A stretch of DNA of 64,000 bases from the NCBI GenBank assembly GCA_965221695.1, contig OZ244905.1, forward strand, positions 1,728,001-1,792,000. Direction: 5' to 3'. Of the stretch, positions 40,504-49,855 are shown in pieces. The DNA is from Gammaproteobacteria bacterium. GTDB lineage: Bacteria > Pseudomonadota > Gammaproteobacteria > Eutrophobiales > Eutrophobiaceae. A model generated the notes under the pieces. The model was not told the origin of the DNA. It saw only the letters and a list, made by a program, of their open reading frames with translations, and did not search any database. A program made the position numbers and the translations under genes. Every line of letters starts with the position of its first letter. Position 1 is the first letter of the stretch.

Positions 40504-42548
40504 TCGAAATAGGGACGGAAGAATTGCCGCCAAAGTCGCTGACCCGACTGGCGTCCTCACTGGCTGAAGCTATCGCCCAGGGTCTGCAGGAAAAGGCCCT
40601 TGACCATGGAGATTATTCATGGCACGCCACCCCGCGCCGGCTTGCCGTCATTGTGAAAGAGCTTGCGGATGCCCAGGCAGACAAAGAATCAGTAAAACGC
40701 GGACCGGCCCTGGCGTCTGCCTATGATCAAGCAGGCAATCCTACCCGGGCCGCGCAGGGGTTTGCCCGCGCCTGTGGCGTAGAGGTTTCAGACCTTGATA
40801 TCCTGGAAACAGACAAAGGCAGTTGGCTGTCTTATCGCCACCTTGCCAAGGGAGCCAGAGCAGAACAACTGCTACCCGAAATCATCGCCCGGGCCCTGGC
40901 TGGATTGCCCATATCAAGACGCATGCGCTGGGGTGACGGCGACATCGAGTTTGTCCGACCCGTCCATTGGGTGGTCCTGTTGTTCGGAAAAGATATTATC
41001 CCGGCAACAATCCTGGGAACGGAAACAGGCCGGGAAACCCGCGGGCATCGTTTTCATCATCCGGCATCAATAGCCCTGGCCTGCCCTGACGAATACCTGG
41101 GAAAACTGCAAAAACCGGGACATGTTATAGCCGATTTCAGGGAGAGAAAAAAACAAATCAGACAAGCTGTGACAGAACTGGCGCAGACTGTTGGCAGAAG
41201 CGCATTGATTGATGATAATTTGCTGGATGAAGTGACCGCGCTGGTGGAATGGCCTGTGGCTATCGCCGGCTCGTTTGATGATGAGTTTCTTGAATTACCG
41301 AGGGAGGCGCTGATCGCCAGCATGCAGTCGCACCAGAAATACTTTCCCGTCTTGCGCCAGGATAACCGCGAGCTGACTGCTGATTTTATTTTCATAGCCA
41401 ATATCGACAGCGCCTCCCCGGATGCAATCAAGCGCGGGAACGAACGGGTCATCCGCCCGCGTCTGAGCGACGCTGCGTTTTTCTGGGAACGGGACCGCAA
41501 CCAATCCCTGGAAAGTTTTTCAACAAAACTGGACAAGGTCATCTTTGAACAACAGTTGGGGACTCTTGGGGACAAAGCCGCGCGGGTTGAACAACTCGGG
41601 GCATATATAGCGGAGCAACTTGGATTTGAAACCAGCTTGGCTGTGCGCGCTGCGCAACTGGCGAAATGTGACCTGATAAGCGATATGGTTGGCGAGTTTC
41701 CGGAACTGCAGGGAATAATGGGGCGTTATTATGCGCTGGAGTCCAATGAGCATCCGGAAGTGGCCAGAGCGCTGGAAGAACAGTATATGCCACGATATGC
41801 CGGCGCCGACTTGCCGGAAACTGATACTGGTATGGCCCTTGCGTTGGCCGACAAACTGGATACGCTGACAGGAATTTTTGCCATCGGCAAGGCGCCCACT
41901 GGCGACAAGGATCCCTTTGGCTTGCGCCGCGCGGCCCTGGGGTGTTTGCGCATCATGATAGAACGCGAGTTGCCCCTGGACCTGGAGGCTTGTCTAACGT
42001 ATTCAGCCGACAGATTTCCGGATTCGGTCAAGGCTGCCACCACGGTCTCCAAGGTATTTGATTTCATGCTGGACAGGTTGCGGCGTTATTATCTTGATAA
42101 TGGTGTAAATCCGGCAGTGTTCGATGCGACGCTGGCATGCCGCCCGGTCCGACCCCATGATTTCCACCTAAGGACACTGGCAGTAAGCGAATTTCTGCGC
42201 TTGCCGGAAGCGGCCAGCCTGGTGACGGCCAACAAACGCATCAGAAACATTCTTAAACAAGCGCAGTACTCCGGCAAATCCCAACCGGATGAAACGCTGC
42301 TTATTGAAAAAACGGAGCGAGAGCTATATCAGCAAATAAATTCGCCCGGTATACTGGCACATGAGTCTTCCGACGATTACATTGCCCGGCTGACCGCGCT
42401 GGCGGGCCTGAGAGATTACGTGGATGCTTTTTTTGATGAGGTAATGGTCTTGTGCGAGGACGAAACCTTGAGGAATAACCGCCTCGCCCTGTTGAACCAA
42501 TTGCGCCAATTGTTCCTGGCTACCGCGGACATTTCAAGACTGCAATGA
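40482..42548 (+). CDS. glyS: Glycine--tRNA ligase beta subunit
   Basis: [50 protein letters not shown]. Confidence 0.97.
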   Translation: MRKQDLLIEIGTEELPPKSLTRLASSLAEAIAQGLQEKALDHGDYSWHATPRRLAVIVKELADAQADKESVKRGPALASAYDQAGNPTRAAQGFARACGVEVSDLDILETDKGSWLSYRHLAKGARAEQLLPEIIARALAGLPISRRMRWGDGDIEFVRPVHWVVLLFGKDIIPATILGTETGRETRGHRFHHPASIALACPDEYLGKLQKPGHVIADFRERKKQIRQAVTELAQTVGRSALIDDNLLDEVTALVEWPVAIAGSFDDEFLELPREALIASMQSHQKYFPVLRQDNRELTADFIFIANIDSASPDAIKRGNERVIRPRLSDAAFFWERDRNQSLESFSTKLDKVIFEQQLGTLGDKAARVEQLGAYIAEQLGFETSLAVRAAQLAKCDLISDMVGEFPELQGIMGRYYALESNEHPEVARALEEQYMPRYAGADLPETDTGMALALADKLDTLTGIFAIGKAPTGDKDPFGLRRAALGCLRIMIERELPLDLEACLTYSADRFPDSVKAATTVSKVFDFMLDRLRRYYLDNGVNPAVFDATLACRPVRPHDFHLRTLAVSEFLRLPEAASLVTANKRIRNILKQAQYSGKSQPDETLLIEKTERELYQQINSPGILAHESSDDYIARLTALAGLRDYVDAFFDEVMVLCEDETLRNNRLALLNQLRQLFLATADISRLQ

Positions 42549-43081
42549 AACTGGCTATACTCGACATGGACGGCGTGATTAACCATGATTCCGATGACTA
42601 TATCAAGTCGGAACAAGAATGGATTCCAATTCCCGGCAGCCTGCAAGCCATAGCCAGGCTTAACCAACAGGGTTATCACATTGTCATCGCCACCAATCAA
42701 TCCGGGCTGGCCAGGGGCAAGCTAACTCTGAATGAGTTGAACAGGATTCATAGGAAAATGCATATCCATCTCGCCCAATACGGCGGCGAGATAGATGCTA
42801 TTTTCTTTTGCCCGCATGGTCCTGACGAGGGCTGTGTCTGCCGTAAACCTAAACCAGGACTACTAAAAGAGATAGAGAGAAGGTTACACACATTGCTACC
42901 CGGTGTGCCTGTTATCGGCGATCGGTTGAGCGATATCCAGGCGGCTCAGGCAGTCAAAGCAAGTCCGATTCTAGTAAGGACAGGGAAGGGACAAACACAA
43001 CTGGATGAAGGTCTGATCCCGGACGGTATTCCCTGCTATGACGATCTTGCCCAGGCTACGACCGCGCTGCTTTCCGGTTGA
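42545..43081 (+). CDS. gmhB: D-glycero-beta-D-manno-heptose 1,7-bisphosphate 7-phosphatase
   Basis: D.DGVIN, TNQSG, CPH.P...C.CRKPKPG, GD; conserved position after glyS. Confidence 0.92.
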   Translation: MKLAILDMDGVINHDSDDYIKSEQEWIPIPGSLQAIARLNQQGYHIVIATNQSGLARGKLTLNELNRIHRKMHIHLAQYGGEIDAIFFCPHGPDEGCVCRKPKPGLLKEIERRLHTLLPGVPVIGDRLSDIQAAQAVKASPILVRTGKGQTQLDEGLIPDGIPCYDDLAQATTALLSG

Positions 43082-43230
43082 CCCGGATTTTTCACAAACT
43101 GATGTGATGACAAATCGCCAGGATAACGATTTTCACGGCGACAACCGCGCGAAGAGTTACTCACAGCAACGCGCGCAATGAAAGCCGAGAATTTCTTCTG
43201 CCCCACGGGTTGCGCGCAGGAAAACGCGCA

Positions 43231-43983
43231 ATGAATCCGCCGAACGGGACAACCTTATCCATCTGGATAGGCTCGTCAATGTTCCTGCTGGGAATGGTCA
43301 TCTCTACCCTCATCGCGGTCCCTATCACATTTTTCCTTCTGGCTGTGCCCTTCCCGCTCAGGTTTCGACTGGTCGCAAACTGGGCCAGGTTCAACCTGTG
43401 GTGGTTGGGAATTACCTGCAGGATCAAAGCCGAGGTGCAGGGTCTCGAACATATCGCCGACCGACCCGCAATCATCATGTGCAAACACCAGTCCGCGTGG
43501 GAAACCCTGATGATTCAATTATTGTTCCCCCCGCAGGTGTGGTTATTGAAACGCGAACTGTTACGCATCCCTATCTATGGCTGGGGACTCGCTACGATGA
43601 AACCCATCGCTATCGACCGTTCCCTGGGTCTGCGGGCGCTGAGGCAACTCGTGCGTCAGGGCAGGGAACGCCTGGATTCCGGCTTGTGGGTCGTGGTGTT
43701 CCCGGAAGGCACCCGGCTGCCTCCGGGCGCGCGGCAAAAATACCACCCTGGCGGCGCGTTGCTGGCAGAGAAATCCGGTTATCCGGTTATTCCGATAGCG
43801 CATAACGCCGGCTACCTGTGGCCGCGCAACAGTTTTCTTAAACGGCCCGGAACAATACAGATGGTGATCGGTCAGCCCATTCAATCCAAGGGCAAGAAAT
43901 CCGCACAAATCCTGCGTGAAACCGAGGACTGGATTGAGACTACCGTCGCGACCCTGCCGGCGCCGGTTGGCATGAAGCCATGA
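43231..43983 (+). CDS. plsC: 1-acyl-sn-glycerol-3-phosphate acyltransferase
   Basis: KHQSAWET, FPEGTR, conserved glyQS-gmhB-plsC synteny. Confidence 0.88.
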   Translation: MNPPNGTTLSIWIGSSMFLLGMVISTLIAVPITFFLLAVPFPLRFRLVANWARFNLWWLGITCRIKAEVQGLEHIADRPAIIMCKHQSAWETLMIQLLFPPQVWLLKRELLRIPIYGWGLATMKPIAIDRSLGLRALRQLVRQGRERLDSGLWVVVFPEGTRLPPGARQKYHPGGALLAEKSGYPVIPIAHNAGYLWPRNSFLKRPGTIQMVIGQPIQSKGKKSAQILRETEDWIETTVATLPAPVGMKP

Positions 43984-44795
43984 ATAACAAGCCAATAAAA
44001 GACGGTGAGTACCTCAGCACACTGGCCAGAGGTCTGTCCGTATTGCGGACGTTTACCAGGGACAACCCGGAAATGACTCTCAGCGAGGTTGCCGCAGCAA
44101 CGAACCTGAACCCCGCGGTAGCCAGGCGTTGCCTGAATACCCTGGTTGAACTCGGTTATGTGGGGAAAAGAGGCAAGTTGTTCCTGTTAACCCCTGAGGT
44201 AATGGGTTTTGCATCGGCGTTCCTGGAATCGGTAAACCTGGAGGAAATCGCCCGTCCGTACCTCCAGGATGTTCGGGACAGCACCGGGGACAGTTCATCA
44301 CTGGCTGTACTGTCTCACCAGGACATCCTGTACCTGGTTCATGTCTCGACCAATCGCATGATCAGGCTTGATGCAGGGATCGGTACCCGCTTCCCGGCAT
44401 ACGCAACGTCTCTTGGCCGGGTCATCATTGCACACCAGTCCGAAGCCTTTATCGAAGACTATCTTGCCGGCATTGAACCGCGCAAACTGACCGACAAGAC
44501 GATTATCTCCAGGACGAGGCTCCGGCAAATCCTGAATAAGTGCCGGCGCCAGGGTTTCACCTCCACACAGGATGAACTTGACTACGGAATCATATCCGTA
44601 GCCGTGCCGGTATTTGACAATGAAGGTGAAATACTCGCCGCGATAAACTGTTCAACCGCAACTACCCGCGTCAACCAGGAAAAGATGATCGAGACCCGTC
44701 TGCCTCACCTCAAGATGGCAGCAAAGAAAATTGAGCAGGAGCTGCGCCGCTATCCTATTCTTGCGCACTCGATCAGGGCCGCGTCATTCCGCTGA
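43980..44795 (+). CDS. IclR-family regulator (PcaR/PobR-like)
   Basis: LARGLSVL...MTLSEVA...ARRCLNTL; G.RFPAYATSLGRV; DELDYG. Confidence 0.9.
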   Translation: MNNKPIKDGEYLSTLARGLSVLRTFTRDNPEMTLSEVAAATNLNPAVARRCLNTLVELGYVGKRGKLFLLTPEVMGFASAFLESVNLEEIARPYLQDVRDSTGDSSSLAVLSHQDILYLVHVSTNRMIRLDAGIGTRFPAYATSLGRVIIAHQSEAFIEDYLAGIEPRKLTDKTIISRTRLRQILNKCRRQGFTSTQDELDYGIISVAVPVFDNEGEILAAINCSTATTRVNQEKMIETRLPHLKMAAKKIEQELRRYPILAHSIRAASFR

Positions 44796-44807
44796 AGGAA
44801 CCTTGAA

Positions 44808-44837
44808 GTAACCTCTGAGATTAAGTCCAGAGCTTCC
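44808..44837. mobile_element. 30-bp ends-only palindromic element with TGAA duplication
   Basis: tgaa|GTAACCTCTGA-gattaagt-CCAGAGCTTCC|tgaa. Confidence 0.68.
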
Positions 44838-44841
44838 TGAA

Positions 44842-45663
44842 TTACAGCGGCGCCCTTGAGAACTGCGTTGAATCCACGCCGGCGCAAAATCGCAGTATCT
44901 GTTCGTTATACAACGCAGGTTCGGTGAGGTTGCTCATGTGTCCGCTATGTTCGAGGATAACCTCACGGCTATCCGAGATTATCTCAAGGAGTTTTTTTGC
45001 ATGCGCTCTCAGGCGGACAGTTTCCTGTGCGCCGGTAAGGATAAGCGTGGGAGCATAGAACCGCGCCAGTTCCCCAAGAACATCCAGAGAAGTGGAAAAT
45101 TTATCCGGCGAGAAGTCAAGCAAATCGGCGCCACTGTAATCACCCACTATTTCGTTGAGTAACCGCTGCTTGTTGTCATGTCCCGACCCCAATGCCAGGA
45201 TTGGATGCTTGAGCCAGCGCCGGCGCATCTCATCGATTTTTCCGGCGCGCACAAGCTCCGCATAGTCAAAAAAGGGAATGTTTTCGCGCTCAGGTCCGGC
45301 AATATCCAAGCCGTCGACCACTGCGCCCTGTAGAACCAAAGAACGCAGTCGCTGCGGCCTGGTTACGGCATAACGCAACGCGAGGCGTCCCCCCTGGGAC
45401 ATGCCCAACAGGTGCAGTGTGCCCAATGACAACGCATCTGCGATTCTGTCCACGTCATCAAGTTCCAGGTCCAGGTCCGGAGGCAGCTTGGAGCGGCCAA
45501 ACCCGCGCCGATCATAGCTGATAACGCGAAAGCGCTCACTGAGGCTGGGCAACTGTGGCTCAAACATACGGTGGTCCAGGGTCCAGCCGTGCATAAATAG
45601 CAACGGCGTACCCTCTCCCGCTTGCTTCAGGTACAGCCTGCCTCCGCTGACGTCAATCCACAT
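44842..45663 (-). CDS. Alpha/beta hydrolase (enol-lactone hydrolase-like)
   Basis: FMHGW, YDRRGFG, GMSQGG, SGH. Confidence 0.85.
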   Translation of the reverse strand: MWIDVSGGRLYLKQAGEGTPLLFMHGWTLDHRMFEPQLPSLSERFRVISYDRRGFGRSKLPPDLDLELDDVDRIADALSLGTLHLLGMSQGGRLALRYAVTRPQRLRSLVLQGAVVDGLDIAGPERENIPFFDYAELVRAGKIDEMRRRWLKHPILALGSGHDNKQRLLNEIVGDYSGADLLDFSPDKFSTSLDVLGELARFYAPTLILTGAQETVRLRAHAKKLLEIISDSREVILEHSGHMSNLTEPALYNEQILRFCAGVDSTQFSRAPL

Positions 45664-45678
45664 GATAGAGCAACCGGG

Positions 45679-46443
45679 TCAGCGCGGCGCGCGGATATTT
45701 TTTCGGGCATCGACCCACAAATCGTGCGCGATCGGGTTGTTCATCTCCTCAAACAGGTGGCCCACCAGGCCCGCGCATCGGGCAGTAAGCACCACTCCGC
45801 GCATCATGGCTGACGGCACACCGGCCTCTGCAAGGGCCGCCGCGATAGCAGCGCTGACATTGGTGACCAGGGTCTTGTTCAGAACCTCCTGCAAACAAGA
45901 TTCGAGCGTACTCAGGGCTTTGACATATTCGCCGCCAACTCCCGTCTCCGCGACTATTTCCAGTAGCCTCTCGACACGCGGGTCCTTGCCATGGTGAATT
46001 GGGTGGCCGAAACCGGGCACCGGCCGCCGTATTTGCCGATACGATTTGATTTTCTCCAGCGCTACCGTTTTCCTTTCCGGTTCAGACGCAGCGACGACTG
46101 CCTCCAGCAGCGCGCCGCATTCGCCCGCCGTGCCCGCATAACGGTCTCCTACTCCCAGCAAGCCGGCTACCACCGCGCCCTGGAAAGATTCCGGTGCGCC
46201 GTAATGGGTCAGCCTGGTGGCCAACGCAGAAGGCACCAGACCATGCTCCATGATGGTCACCATCACCGCGTCGACGATGCGACATTGACTCGCGGTGGGT
46301 TCCTCTCCGAGCGCCTGCAACAGGAACAGCTCCGTGAACGAATACTTGCCCATTATGTCGTTCACGAGATTTTTCCCGCGAATCAATATGTTGTCTGCGT
46401 CAAACCCGCATATGGCCGTTGCCGGAGACGCTTTGTCAGTCAC
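45679..46443 (-). CDS. Citryl-CoA lyase / citrate synthase-like protein
   Basis: IRGKNL, EHGLVPS, VPGFGHP.H...DPR, R.AGLVGH. Confidence 0.85.
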   Translation of the reverse strand: MTDKASPATAICGFDADNILIRGKNLVNDIMGKYSFTELFLLQALGEEPTASQCRIVDAVMVTIMEHGLVPSALATRLTHYGAPESFQGAVVAGLLGVGDRYAGTAGECGALLEAVVAASEPERKTVALEKIKSYRQIRRPVPGFGHPIHHGKDPRVERLLEIVAETGVGGEYVKALSTLESCLQEVLNKTLVTNVSAAIAAALAEAGVPSAMMRGVVLTARCAGLVGHLFEEMNNPIAHDLWVDARKNIRAPR

Positions 46444-46500
46444 AGGCGCTTCCCCCTGTTGTGGTTATAGCAATAGAAAAATAACTATAACATGATTGCA

Positions 46501-46626
46501 GGAACCTCTGAAAATCCCGTCTTTAGCTTTTTTGTCGGTGCACCATCAACCGCTGCGATATTTTCGATAATCGAACTTGACTTCGGAATACGAAAATTGT
46601 AGTATTGCCCGAAAATGATGATGATC
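46501..46626. mobile_element. Lone element end (GGAACCTCTGAAAA...), possible IS5-like remnant adjoining MITE copy C
   Basis: Same 11-bp end as the MITE family; the minus-strand frame reads ...KKLKTGFSEVP into this end. Confidence 0.4.
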
Positions 46627-46630
46627 TTAA

Positions 46631-46781
46631 GGAACCTCTGATTAAGACAGAGGTTCCTACGATACAAGGATGTATCGTCAATATCAATGACTGTAAGGCA
46701 TTGATATTGTGAGGAAAATAAAAATCACATTTTTGTTTTCCGTACTCTGACAAGTCTAGGATGGACTTGTTCAGAGTTTCC
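46631..46781. mobile_element. 151-bp MITE-like multi-hairpin element, copy C, with TTAA duplication
   Basis: ttaa|GGAACCTCTGA...TCAGAGTTTCC|ttaa. Confidence 0.9.
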
Positions 46782-46826
46782 TTAATTATATGCTGAAGAT
46801 ACCCGTTGCTGGGGGAGTAACTGAGA

Positions 46827-47369
46827 ATGAACGAGAAACTCAAGATATTCAGCCGACTGCACCACAATGCGCACGTGACCACGGACATGGAGGCCACCAG
46901 GAAATTCTACGAGGAAATTATCGGGTTTCCACTGGTTGCCACCTGGTGTGAAAAGACCGAGTTATTCGGCAGGGAACGAACCTATATGCATTGCTTTTTT
47001 GATATTGGCGATGGCGAATGCCTGGCTTTTTTCCAGTTTGCCGATGAGGATGACCAGCGGGAATTCGGACCGGAATTACCGCTTTCCGGGTTTCGACACC
47101 TTGCCATGAAGGTCGATCAGGATACCCAGGACGGTATTGTCGAGCGCTTGACGGACGCCGGTTACAAGGAACCTGACATGTATATCCTCAACCATGGCTA
47201 TTGTTATTCGCTGTATGTGTATGACCCGGCCAAGCTGTTGATCGAATTTACCGTCGATCACGAAGATGTCGAGCAAATCAACGCAGATCAGCGTAGTAAG
47301 GCCCGGCGCGAACTCAGTCGCTGGCTCGCCGGCGACCATACGCCGAATAACGAGGCCTACCACCGGTAA
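46827..47369 (+). CDS. VOC/glyoxalase family protein
   Basis: RLHHNA, H.FFD.GDG..LAFF, HLA, HGYCYSLYV.DP..L.IE. Confidence 0.85.
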   Translation: MNEKLKIFSRLHHNAHVTTDMEATRKFYEEIIGFPLVATWCEKTELFGRERTYMHCFFDIGDGECLAFFQFADEDDQREFGPELPLSGFRHLAMKVDQDTQDGIVERLTDAGYKEPDMYILNHGYCYSLYVYDPAKLLIEFTVDHEDVEQINADQRSKARRELSRWLAGDHTPNNEAYHR

Positions 47370-47391
47370 CGCGGTTTGCAGAGAAGATCCA

Positions 47392-48732
47392 ATGTATGAC
47401 AGGCAAACCGAAACCAGGCCGCTGGCCGACCAATTTTCGTTGGACCGGGAAGTATACCGGAACCAGGTAAGGTACATATTCGAACGATCTGCGTTTTATC
47501 GGCGCAAGTTGAGTGAGGCCGGGTTTCGCACGCCTGAAGAAGTGGGTGAACTGGATAATATCTCCGACCTCCCGTTCACTGAGAAAGATGAGCTCAGGGC
47601 GACCCAGGCAGCCTCTCCCCCGTTTGGGGAGCACCTGGCGTGTTCTCCGGAAGCATTACGGCGCGTCTACAATACCAGCGGCACGACTGGCGTACCCTGT
47701 CTGTTGGCGCTTACGCGCAAGGATCTGGATGTCTATGCAACGAATGTAGCCCGCGGCTATACCGCGGCCGGTTTTTCCAGGGGGCAACGTATCGTTGTCG
47801 GATTTAATGCGGGACCCTTTGTTGCCGGCGCGGTATACGATGGATTTAACAAGATTGGCTGCACGGTCATTCCAATAGGAACCGGAAACACGGAACGCTT
47901 GGTGGCGGCAATCAGGAACCTCAAAGCGACGGGGATAAGCTGCACGCCATCTTACGGACAATACCTGATCGACTGGTGCGGCAAACATGATATCGATACC
48001 CGCAGCCTGGGTCTGAAGAACATGATCACCGCGGGAGAACCGGGGGGCGGCGACCCGCTGATTCGCGGGCGCCTCGAGGACGCGTTTGGCTGCAGGGTGC
48101 GTGAATCCATGGGGATCGGCGATATCACTTTATCAGCCTGGGCCGAGGACGACGACGGCAACGGTATGCACTTCATGGCCCGTGGTTATGCCCATGTGGA
48201 ACTCATAGATCCCGAAACCGGCGCGCCGCGCGCCTGGGAGGACGGCGCGCAGGGCGAACTGGTATATACGGCATTACAGCGGGAGGCAATGCCATTGTTA
48301 CGCTTCCGCAGTCGCGACCATGTAGTAGTAAACATGCAACCTAATCCACTGGGTCGAACCGGACCCAGGATACGTTGTATCGGGCGGACTGACGACATGC
48401 TCATCGTGCGCGGCGTCAATGTGTTTCCGTCGGCGCTGCGTAGCGTGCTCAACGACTTCTCCCCTGATGTGTCGGGTGTAATACAGGTAAGACCCAGAGA
48501 AACAGGGGTGAGGCAGACACTGCCGCTGCCGGTAGTGGTTGAACTTGGCCGAGACGGCGCGGTAGCGTCTGGTCATTTACAGCAACGAATCGCGGATGAG
48601 GTGCGCGCGCGGCTACTCGTTACCACTGACATCAAACTGGTCCCTTACGGGACGTTGCCCCGGGAAGTCTATAAGTCACGGCTGGTCGATTATTCCGATG
48701 CGATGCCGGCGGAAGCCGTGGCCGCCGGATGA
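47392..48732 (+). CDS. Phenylacetate--CoA ligase family (PaaK-like) aryl/acyl-CoA ligase
   Basis: LPFTEKDELR, TSGTTG, AGEPG, GELVYT, IGRTDDMLIVRGVNVFPS. Confidence 0.88.
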   Translation: MYDRQTETRPLADQFSLDREVYRNQVRYIFERSAFYRRKLSEAGFRTPEEVGELDNISDLPFTEKDELRATQAASPPFGEHLACSPEALRRVYNTSGTTGVPCLLALTRKDLDVYATNVARGYTAAGFSRGQRIVVGFNAGPFVAGAVYDGFNKIGCTVIPIGTGNTERLVAAIRNLKATGISCTPSYGQYLIDWCGKHDIDTRSLGLKNMITAGEPGGGDPLIRGRLEDAFGCRVRESMGIGDITLSAWAEDDDGNGMHFMARGYAHVELIDPETGAPRAWEDGAQGELVYTALQREAMPLLRFRSRDHVVVNMQPNPLGRTGPRIRCIGRTDDMLIVRGVNVFPSALRSVLNDFSPDVSGVIQVRPRETGVRQTLPLPVVVELGRDGAVASGHLQQRIADEVRARLLVTTDIKLVPYGTLPREVYKSRLVDYSDAMPAEAVAAG

Positions 48733-48774
48733 AGACAGAAACTATGGGGATGAATCTGAGTACAGGGGAAGATT

Positions 48775-49827
48775 ATGTGGCCATTCGCTGAAGGCGAGGA
48801 ATTTCTGGAGAACCAGTGGTATGTCGCGGCGTGGAGCAGCGAAGTCACTGCGGAGCGTCCGTTTGAGCGCTGGATCTGCGGGCAACCGGTGGTTTTTTAC
48901 CGGGATACGCAAGGCAAGCCCGTCGCCCTGTATGGCCGTTGCCCACACCGCAGCTTCCCGCTGGCCAAGGGGCAGGTGCGCGGCGACGTGTTGGAATGCG
49001 GTTATCACGGTTTTCAATACGGCCCTGACGGCAACTGTGTCAGGATTCCGAGCCAGGAAACCATTCCTGATGTCTGCCGGGTGCCGGCATACGTGCTGGT
49101 AGAGAAATGGAAGTGGCTATGGATCTGGGTCGGCGACCCGGCGCAGGCAGACCCTGACCGAATTCCCGATCACAATGAAATACGTCTGACCGAGCCCGGT
49201 TGGCTCGCCGTTCCGGCGCTCACAAATCACCTCAACGGGCGGGCGCAGTTGCTGCATGAGAACCTGACGGATATCTCGCACCTGTCCTACCTGCACCCGG
49301 GCACCATAGGGACAGACTCGGTGGCGGCCACACAGGTGGAAATTTCCGAACACGATGGATTTCTGCGCGGACTGCGGATGATCCCCAATGAGAAGCTGAC
49401 CGGTTTCTTCAAGGAAGCGCTCGGTACCGAGGGTCCGCTGGACCGGGAGGTATTGATTGATTTTTATCCTCCCAACCTGCATGTTGCGCGCGAAAAGTTT
49501 ATTCAGCCGGGGGGCGATACTGTTGCCCAGTATCGGGTCTGTCACGCAGTGACCCCCGCAACGGCGACATCAACCAACTATCTGGTTGCCTGGTCTCGTA
49601 CCTTTGCCCGAGATAACCAGGAAATTACCGACACGGTCAACAGTGTATTTTCGGCCATTATCGATGAGGACATCGAAGCGGTGGAAGCCGTAGAAAAGAT
49701 GATCTCGGATCAGCGGCAACCCGCGGAAATACTGGTTGCCGCAGATACGCACTCAATGAAGGCGCGCAGAATCATGAAAAAACTGTTTGCAGAACAGACT
49801 GCATCAGCCTTAGCCAATGCCATATAA
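48775..49827 (+). CDS. Rieske non-heme iron oxygenase alpha subunit, VanA-like
   Basis: NQWYVAA, CPHRSFPL..G...CGYHG, ENLTDISH..YLH, EDI. Confidence 0.9.
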   Translation: MWPFAEGEEFLENQWYVAAWSSEVTAERPFERWICGQPVVFYRDTQGKPVALYGRCPHRSFPLAKGQVRGDVLECGYHGFQYGPDGNCVRIPSQETIPDVCRVPAYVLVEKWKWLWIWVGDPAQADPDRIPDHNEIRLTEPGWLAVPALTNHLNGRAQLLHENLTDISHLSYLHPGTIGTDSVAATQVEISEHDGFLRGLRMIPNEKLTGFFKEALGTEGPLDREVLIDFYPPNLHVAREKFIQPGGDTVAQYRVCHAVTPATATSTNYLVAWSRTFARDNQEITDTVNSVFSAIIDEDIEAVEAVEKMISDQRQPAEILVAADTHSMKARRIMKKLFAEQTASALANAI

Positions 49828-49855
49828 GATTCACAAGTAATCGGAGGAACCAACA

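Noticed and set aside
43082-43230. CCCGGATTTTTCACAAAC after the gmhB stop (and CCCGGTTTAAACATAAAT near 21750) as further copies of the 4657 MITE
   Set aside because: Only a loose left-end resemblance; no matching right end or target duplication found.
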